DNA of 64,000 nucleotides from Flavobacteriales bacterium (lineage in GTDB: Bacteria > Bacteroidota > Bacteroidia > Flavobacteriales_F > PHOS-HE28): positions 3,405 through 67,404 of the forward strand of contig JBGTAJ010000170.1 in NCBI GenBank assembly GCA_041749915.1, in the 5' to 3' direction. The notes under the pieces were generated by a model. The model saw only the letters and a list, made by a program, of their open reading frames with translations. It was not told the DNA's origin and searched no databases. How positions within the stretch are numbered: the stretch's first letter is position 1; every line of letters starts with the position of its first letter. Below are positions 59,047 through 64,000 of the stretch, piece by piece. Position numbers and translations under genes: made by a program.

Positions 59047-60519
59047 CTAGGCCTTGGCTTCGGCCTTCTTGCCCTCCACCGGCTTATCCACCGGGGTGGG
59101 CGTATAGCCGAACAGGCGGTTATCCTTGATCATGTTGTCCACGTAGGGCGGCACCATCTCCTCCCAACCAGGTTTGCCCGAGCGGATCATGTCCAGGACC
59201 TGCTTGCTGAAGATGTGCAGCACATGCGGGTCGAAGCTCTCGATGTCCACCAGACGCTTGTTGAACAGCAGGTAGTCGTACAGCGGCTGCAGGCGCGGGT
59301 GGATCGGCATCGTGGTGGTGGTCATCACCGTCTCCGTGGCCGATGCCTGGCTGGGGTAAACGTAGATCTTCAGGTCGCGGGTGAACAGGATGCCGAAGGC
59401 CTCCAGCATGCCGCCGTTCAGGTGGCGGTAGTACTTCTCGTCGAACACGTCGATGAGGTTGTTCACGCCCATGATCAGGCCCATGCGCGCCTTGGTGTAG
59501 CGGCTGAAGTACTCCACCAGCTTGTAGTACTCCTGGTAGTTGCTGATCATCACCGTCTGCCCCAGCGAACACAGGATGTCCGCCCGGTCGATGAAGTCCT
59601 TTTCATCCACATCACCGGTGTCCGAGCGCAGGTTGTTCAGCGTGATCTCAAAAAGCACCTGCAGGTTCTGACGGTCCACACGCTGTTCCTTGATGAACAT
59701 GTTGTAGCCGTTCATGATCATGTCGATGTTCACCTTGGTCACCGGGCGGAAACTTCCGCGGATGGCCAGGATGTTCTTCTTGTACAGCTTCTCGCTGGCC
59801 TGCAGGTTCTGGCCATCGGGACCGAAGAGCACCGCGTCGGTGTAGCCCCGCTTCACCAGTTGCAGGCTCAGCAGGCGGTTGTCCACCTGGGCGAAGGCCG
59901 GCCCGTTCATCTGGATCATGTCGATCTCCAGCACGTGGCGGCTCACGTTGTCGTACAAGGCCGTCATCACCTCGTTCGGGTCGCTGTGGAGGAACATGCA
60001 GGCGTGCATGAGGTTCACCCCCAGCACACCGATGGTCTCCTGCTGCAGGCTCATGTCCGGATCGTGCAGGCGCACGTGCAGGATCACATCGCTCGTGCCC
60101 TCGTTGGGCGAGGTCTGGAACCGCACCCCGATCCACCCATGCCCGCTGTGCGGCCGCTCGAAGGTGCTGGTGGCCACCGTGTTCGCGAAAGTGAAGAACT
60201 TCTTCGTCGGATGGTCCTTGCGCGACAGGCGGTCCGAGATCAGCCCGTACTCGTGCCGCAGCATGTTCTTCAGGCGGCTTTCGCACACGAAGCGGTTGCC
60301 CGGCTCGGGGCCGTAGATGGCGTTGCTGAAGTCCTTGTCGTAGGCGCTCATCGCCTTGGCGATGGTCTGCGAAGCCGCACCGGCGCGGAAGAAGTGGCGT
60401 ACGGTCTCCTGCCCAGCTCCGATCTCGGCGAAGGTGCCATAGAGATCGGGATCCATGTTGATCCTCCGGGCTTTCTGCGCGGGACTGAGGGGTACGCGGT
60501 GGATGTCCTGTACGATCAT
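59047..60519 (-). CDS. conserved hypothetical protein (~490 aa, cytoplasmic)
   Basis: Clean coding composition: IVQDIHRVPLSPAQKARRINMDPDLYGTFAEIGAGQETVRHFF. I recall similar Bacteroidota proteins, but no function. The ATG at 60519 fits the promoter box at 60548-60555. Confidence 0.7.
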   Translation of the reverse strand: MIVQDIHRVPLSPAQKARRINMDPDLYGTFAEIGAGQETVRHFFRAGAASQTIAKAMSAYDKDFSNAIYGPEPGNRFVCESRLKNMLRHEYGLISDRLSRKDHPTKKFFTFANTVATSTFERPHSGHGWIGVRFQTSPNEGTSDVILHVRLHDPDMSLQQETIGVLGVNLMHACMFLHSDPNEVMTALYDNVSRHVLEIDMIQMNGPAFAQVDNRLLSLQLVKRGYTDAVLFGPDGQNLQASEKLYKKNILAIRGSFRPVTKVNIDMIMNGYNMFIKEQRVDRQNLQVLFEITLNNLRSDTGDVDEKDFIDRADILCSLGQTVMISNYQEYYKLVEYFSRYTKARMGLIMGVNNLIDVFDEKYYRHLNGGMLEAFGILFTRDLKIYVYPSQASATETVMTTTTMPIHPRLQPLYDYLLFNKRLVDIESFDPHVLHIFSKQVLDMIRSGKPGWEEMVPPYVDNMIKDNRLFGYTPTPVDKPVEGKKAEAKA

Positions 60520-60547
60520 GAGGCTGGTTCGGAGCACATGGAGTGCG

Positions 60548-60555
60548 CAAAGTTA
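60548..60555 (-). promoter_or_regulatory. candidate -7 promoter box TAACTTTG (minus strand)
   Basis: The reverse complement of caaagtta matches TAnnTTTG, 29 nt upstream of the ATG at 60519. Confidence 0.3.
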
Positions 60556-60633
60556 GCCCCTCCCATCCGCCCTGTCATGTCCAAGGTCAGCATCGGTGCC
60601 TTTTGTCCGGAATATGGACCAGGTGCTCGTCGG

Positions 60634-61038
60634 CTAGGAGGCCTTGCGGTGGCTGCCATCACAGAAGGGCTTGTTGCCCGACCGGCCGCAGCGGCAGAAG
60701 GCCGTGTGCTCCGTGCGCATTTCCGTCCGGCCATCCGTATGGAGCACCTGGCAGCCGCCCTTCACCATCAAGGGGCCATCGGTAAGCACCTCCACCACGG
60801 TGGCGCCTGCAGGGGCTTCGGCCGGCGCATCCTCGGCGATGGTCAGTGCACCGCTGGGGCATTGGCGCACCTGTTCCACGATGCGTGCGCTGGAGGCGCC
60901 ATCGGGCTTGATCCACGGACGCTGACCCGGCTGGAAGACCGCGCCCAGACCTTTCCAGCAACGCGCACTGTGGGTGCAGCGGTCTTGTTTCCAGACGATG
61001 GTGACCTCACCGTTGGTGTAGCGATGTGCCTTGCTCAT
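60634..61038 (-). CDS. fusion of a divergent 4Fe-4S mono-cluster domain (Fer4_19-like) and a CDGSH iron-sulfur domain
   Basis: DRCTHSARCWKGLGAVFQPGQRPWIKP...VRQCPSGAL is followed by FCRCGRSGNKPFCDGSH. Its ATG at 61038 overlaps the osmC stop (ATGA). Confidence 0.8.
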   Translation of the reverse strand: MSKAHRYTNGEVTIVWKQDRCTHSARCWKGLGAVFQPGQRPWIKPDGASSARIVEQVRQCPSGALTIAEDAPAEAPAGATVVEVLTDGPLMVKGGCQVLHTDGRTEMRTEHTAFCRCGRSGNKPFCDGSHRKAS

Positions 61039-61451
61039 GGTCTTAACCCCGATGTCAGGTGGATCGGGCTCTCCAAGGTACGGTGCACCGGGCACGAGCG
61101 CGCGATCTGCGCCATCCGCTCGCGCTGCTCCTGTGGCAGGTCGGCCGGCAGGTCGATCTCCATGTGGATCTTCGTATCGATCTGGGCACCGTTCTGGGTG
61201 CGTTCCATGCTCACTGTGACGCCGATGGACGATACCGCCCACTGCTTGCGGTCGGCATACATCCGCATGGTGATGGCCGTGCACGAGGCCAGCGCGCTCA
61301 GCAGCAGTTCGTGGGGCCGCAGTCCCTGGTCGGTTCCGCCATGGTCCGTGGGCTCATCGGCGATCATCTCCAGTCCACGCGTGGTGATCCGGGTGGCGTA
61401 GGGCGCTCCGTCGAGCACGGCGGTCACGCTGCGATGGCTGGTGTGTTGCAT
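61035..61451 (-). CDS. osmC: OsmC family peroxiredoxin-like protein
   Basis: DEPTDHGGTDQGLRPHELLLSALASCTAITMRMYA and ARSCPVHRTL carry the two conserved OsmC cysteines. Confidence 0.85.
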   Translation of the reverse strand: MQHTSHRSVTAVLDGAPYATRITTRGLEMIADEPTDHGGTDQGLRPHELLLSALASCTAITMRMYADRKQWAVSSIGVTVSMERTQNGAQIDTKIHMEIDLPADLPQEQRERMAQIARSCPVHRTLESPIHLTSGLRP

Positions 61452-61500
61452 GGTACAAAGGTCGGCACCGGGTGTATTGCATCACGTCATGGGGTCGGGC

Positions 61501-61657
61501 GCGTCCTGCGGACGCGATAGCTCAAGGTCTTTACCACGGATGAACGCGTCCCGAGTCCTCGGGAGAACACGGATAAAGCCCTCTGCAGCCCACATGGACG
61601 TGGTCAACGCATCCAGTGTCCCGTGGACATCCGTGTCGATCAGTGTGGATCCGTGGT
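61501..61657. promoter_or_regulatory. cluster of nested inverted repeats upstream of the osmC operon (operator array or structured leader)
   Basis: GCGTCC-tgc-GGACGC (61501-61515). ACCACGGAT (61533-41) pairs with ATCCGTGGT (61649-57). ACACGGAT (61567-74) pairs with ATCCGTGT (61629-36). TCCCGAG-tc-CTCGGGA lies at 61549-64, and CCAC..GGAC / GTCC.GTGG at 61590-99 and 61618-26. Confidence 0.3.
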
Positions 61658-61723
61658 TGAACTCTTCTTGCGCCGGTGCCTCCGGACGCTGGCGAAGACC
61701 CAACGGCACGGGTTGACCTGCGG

Positions 61724-62485
61724 TCACCACCCCGTGGCGAAGAGCCGGCGAGCGCCGTTGATGCCGCACTTCTGGTAGGTGTTGTAGGCCTGCGCCGCAC
61801 GCTCGCGGATGGCCTCACCGCTCTCGTGCAGCACCCAGCCATACAAGGCGGCCTTCAAGGTGTAGGCCTCGGGGGCCATCAGTCCGGTGGTCCACAGCAG
61901 GGGCTGCGCTCCCGTGGCCCGCAGGGGTTCGGCGTAATACCGTTTGCTGATGCAGGCCAGGATCACCGTCTCGCGCCGCGCCTTGTTCACGGCCAGGAAG
62001 GAGCGTTCCAGCGCAAAGTCCATCAGGCCATCATGCCCCACATACCCGATCAGGTCCGCACCACCACCGATGGCGATCGAGCGCTCGCCCACGCTCAGCA
62101 TCGACCGACCATCACCGCTCGCGAAGCGCAACAGGTCCTCCGTGGCCTCCTTGATGTTCCGGCCATCATAGGCATCGGCCACCAGGTACACCGCGCTGTC
62201 CCGGTGTTTCCACACGGCCCGTTCCAGGATGTGCACCTCCGCGGGTTTGGTGGATGGCACCCGGATCCATTCCGCGGCCCGGTCGAAGTGCGTGCGCACG
62301 CCGTAGCCCGCGCCCCAGTAAAGGTTGGTGCGCGGCACCTGTCCATTGCCGATGCCCGCCGGCACTTTCACGATGCCTTGGTGCTCATTGTCGCACAGGG
62401 CCACCAGCACGTGCACGACGCGTTCCTTCGCCGTTACGTTGGTGGCGTAGAGCAACAGGAACAGGAGGGGTAGAGCGGTCCGCAT
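61724..62485 (-). CDS. hypothetical secreted protein
   Basis: Signal MRTALPLLFLLLYATNVTA, 253 aa, coding-like composition, no recognised family. Confidence 0.65.
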   Translation of the reverse strand: MRTALPLLFLLLYATNVTAKERVVHVLVALCDNEHQGIVKVPAGIGNGQVPRTNLYWGAGYGVRTHFDRAAEWIRVPSTKPAEVHILERAVWKHRDSAVYLVADAYDGRNIKEATEDLLRFASGDGRSMLSVGERSIAIGGGADLIGYVGHDGLMDFALERSFLAVNKARRETVILACISKRYYAEPLRATGAQPLLWTTGLMAPEAYTLKAALYGWVLHESGEAIRERAAQAYNTYQKCGINGARRLFATGW

Positions 62486-62530
62486 GCTTGGGGAATGCCT
62501 TGTGGGTCTGCGGGTAACGTCAGCCCGACC

Positions 62531-63103
62531 TTAGGTGGTATGCCAGCGGGGCCACAGGGCGGGCACTTCACACCGGTAGCGCCGGTATTCCTCACCGAAG
62601 GACGCGATCAGCTTGCGCTCCTCCAGGTGGATGCCGATCGGCAGGTACACGAAGGTAATGCCCACCACAACCAGCTTTTCAGGTGTGCAGCCCAGCAGCA
62701 GCCAGCCCAATGCCACGGCGATGACGCCGGTGTAGATCGGGTGCCGCATCCGTCCGTGCAGGCCGGTGCGGATCAGCCCGGTGGCGCGTTCCGGCGCCAG
62801 CCCCAGGAAGCCCGCACCACCCACACGAAGCACGGCCACAGCGGCCAGCAGCCCACCGGCCACCATCAGCGACCACCCGGCCACGGTGAGCAGTGGGGTG
62901 GAAGGGAAGAGGACCCCACCAGTGGGGACGGCACCATAGACAATGAGCACCCAGGCGGAAAGCCCCAGCGAGACCAGCGTGTAGATCAGTCGGTACCAGC
63001 GGTCCAGGCCCAGCGTGGCGGCCGCCCATTGCTTCACACCTGTCCACGCCAGCACACTGTGCAGGCCGTAGAACACGATCAGGGAGAGCGCAAGTTGGGG
63101 CAC
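62531..63103 (-). CDS. isoprenylcysteine carboxyl / phospholipid methyltransferase family membrane protein
   Basis: The C-terminal signature GLHGRMRHPIYTGVIAVALGWLL...EERKLIASFGEEYRRY is typical of the ICMT/PEMT family. It has 4-5 TM helices and an apparent GTG start. Confidence 0.75.
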   Translation of the reverse strand: MPQLALSLIVFYGLHSVLAWTGVKQWAAATLGLDRWYRLIYTLVSLGLSAWVLIVYGAVPTGGVLFPSTPLLTVAGWSLMVAGGLLAAVAVLRVGGAGFLGLAPERATGLIRTGLHGRMRHPIYTGVIAVALGWLLLGCTPEKLVVVGITFVYLPIGIHLEERKLIASFGEEYRRYRCEVPALWPRWHTT

Positions 63104-63187
63104 GGCGACAAGGTAAAATGCGAAAGGCCACCTCCCGGTGGCCTTCCTCGTTGGCAGGAGCCGCTGTTGCCAGCGGTCCTGGGGGGA

Positions 63188-63838
63188 TCAGCGCATGTCG
63201 TTCTCCTCCACGCCGGGGTATTTCGACTTGTCGAAGGTGAAGAGGGCATCGGCCAGTTCCACGTTCGGCGTGAACTTCTTCAACGTGTAGGTCACCACGT
63301 TCCCGTCCTTGTACAGCACCTGGATGCTCCTGGGCAGGGTCTTGGCTTTGTCCACCGTCAGCACCACCGTGTGGAAGGGCTTCTTGGCGGGGTCCAGCGG
63401 GAAGAGCTTCACCACCTGGGTCATCACCCCGGCCGCATCGGCCTTCTCCTCCACGAACTGGCTCTTGAAGCCTTTCTCGTACTGGGTGAACAGCGTGCTG
63501 GGGTCCAGGTCCTGGTCCATCTCCTTGGGGTCGTTCAGGCTCACTTCGTTCGCGTCCTTATTGTATGTGTAGAGCGTCACGCCATCGTTGATGATGGTGT
63601 TCTTGTCCAGCACCAGGCGGAACTTCTTGCCCTTCACCTTCATGTTCCCTTCCTGCTTCACATCCAGCTTGTCCTTGGTGTTCTGCAGGCGGCTGCTGAA
63701 GTCCGCTTCAAAGCTGGTCCAGGCCTTGGCCTGCGTCATCAGCTTGTCCACGATGGCTTTGGACCGTGCATCGTCCTGGGCCTGGATGGGAAGGCTGCCA
63801 AGGACACACGCGACGAGGACGAGGAGGGACTTTTTCAT
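63188..63838 (-). CDS. LolA-like outer-membrane lipoprotein carrier family protein
   Basis: Signal MKKSLLVLVACVLGSLPIQAQ. The pattern FEADFSSRLQN...QEGNMKVKGKKFRLVL...TIINDGVTLYTYNKDANEV is typical of LolA-fold proteins. Confidence 0.7.
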   Translation of the reverse strand: MKKSLLVLVACVLGSLPIQAQDDARSKAIVDKLMTQAKAWTSFEADFSSRLQNTKDKLDVKQEGNMKVKGKKFRLVLDKNTIINDGVTLYTYNKDANEVSLNDPKEMDQDLDPSTLFTQYEKGFKSQFVEEKADAAGVMTQVVKLFPLDPAKKPFHTVVLTVDKAKTLPRSIQVLYKDGNVVTYTLKKFTPNVELADALFTFDKSKYPGVEENDMR

Positions 63839-63953
63839 GGGGCAAAAGTATGCGGCAGCGCATAGGCAAAGCGCGTGCCATGGTGTGTGTTGATCCTACA
63901 AGACCGCTCCCCTGGAGCGGCATGCCGGACCCGATGCGGGTGCAACAGGGCTT

Positions 63954-64000
63954 ACTTCTTCGCCGCCTTCTTCGCGCTCTTCTTCGCCGGTTTGGCCGCG
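63954..64000 (-). CDS. 3' end of a gene running off the window (Lys/Ala-rich C-terminus)
   Basis: The minus strand reads ...AAKPAKKSAKKAAKK-TAA. It is too short to identify. Confidence 0.3.

Noticed and set aside
59215-61401. 728-aa plus-strand ORF across three minus-strand genes
   Set aside because: It crosses the boundaries of the 490-aa gene, the Fe-S fusion gene and osmC, all of which have coherent minus-strand products. It is an artefact.

Overview
High-GC chromosomal segment (about 60-65% G+C judged by eye, not computed) with clear Bacteroidota hallmarks. Three large secreted proteins end in T9SS C-terminal sorting domains. The rpmB-rpmG-DUF4295-ftsY block sits beside rimO, bshC is present, and TAnnTTTG (-7 type) boxes recur upstream of genes. 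I call about 60 densely packed protein genes, mostly housekeeping: three M16 peptidases, an oxyR / dps-katG oxidative-stress cluster, miaE, cinA, guaA, zapA, rny, an osmC operon, lipid genes (alkB, a desaturase, a GDPD) and cell-envelope enzymes. I recognised no rRNA, tRNA, CRISPR array or intact mobile element, and no canonical defence system. The one clear accessory spot is 12.2-13.5 kb. There a visibly AT-rich ~1.2 kb insert is bracketed by a 52-bp direct repeat of the katG 3' end. It carries an orphan Cys-rich membrane-anchored ORF and a frameshifted tyrosine-recombinase remnant. The best candidates for under-described biology are all inferences from sequence. (1) A translationally coupled operon of a membrane-anchored papain-like protease with DUF4384, a periplasmic-TPR histidine kinase and a LuxR response regulator. 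(2) A SiaA/SiaB/SiaC-like partner-switch module with no diguanylate cyclase output. (3) A malate-synthase-family paralog with eroded signature motifs just downstream of alkB. (4) A PNGase F-like T9SS protein whose N-domain appears split by ~535 residues. (5) Nested inverted repeats upstream of the osmC operon. Many long ORFs in the track are antisense artefacts of the high GC content and were rejected.
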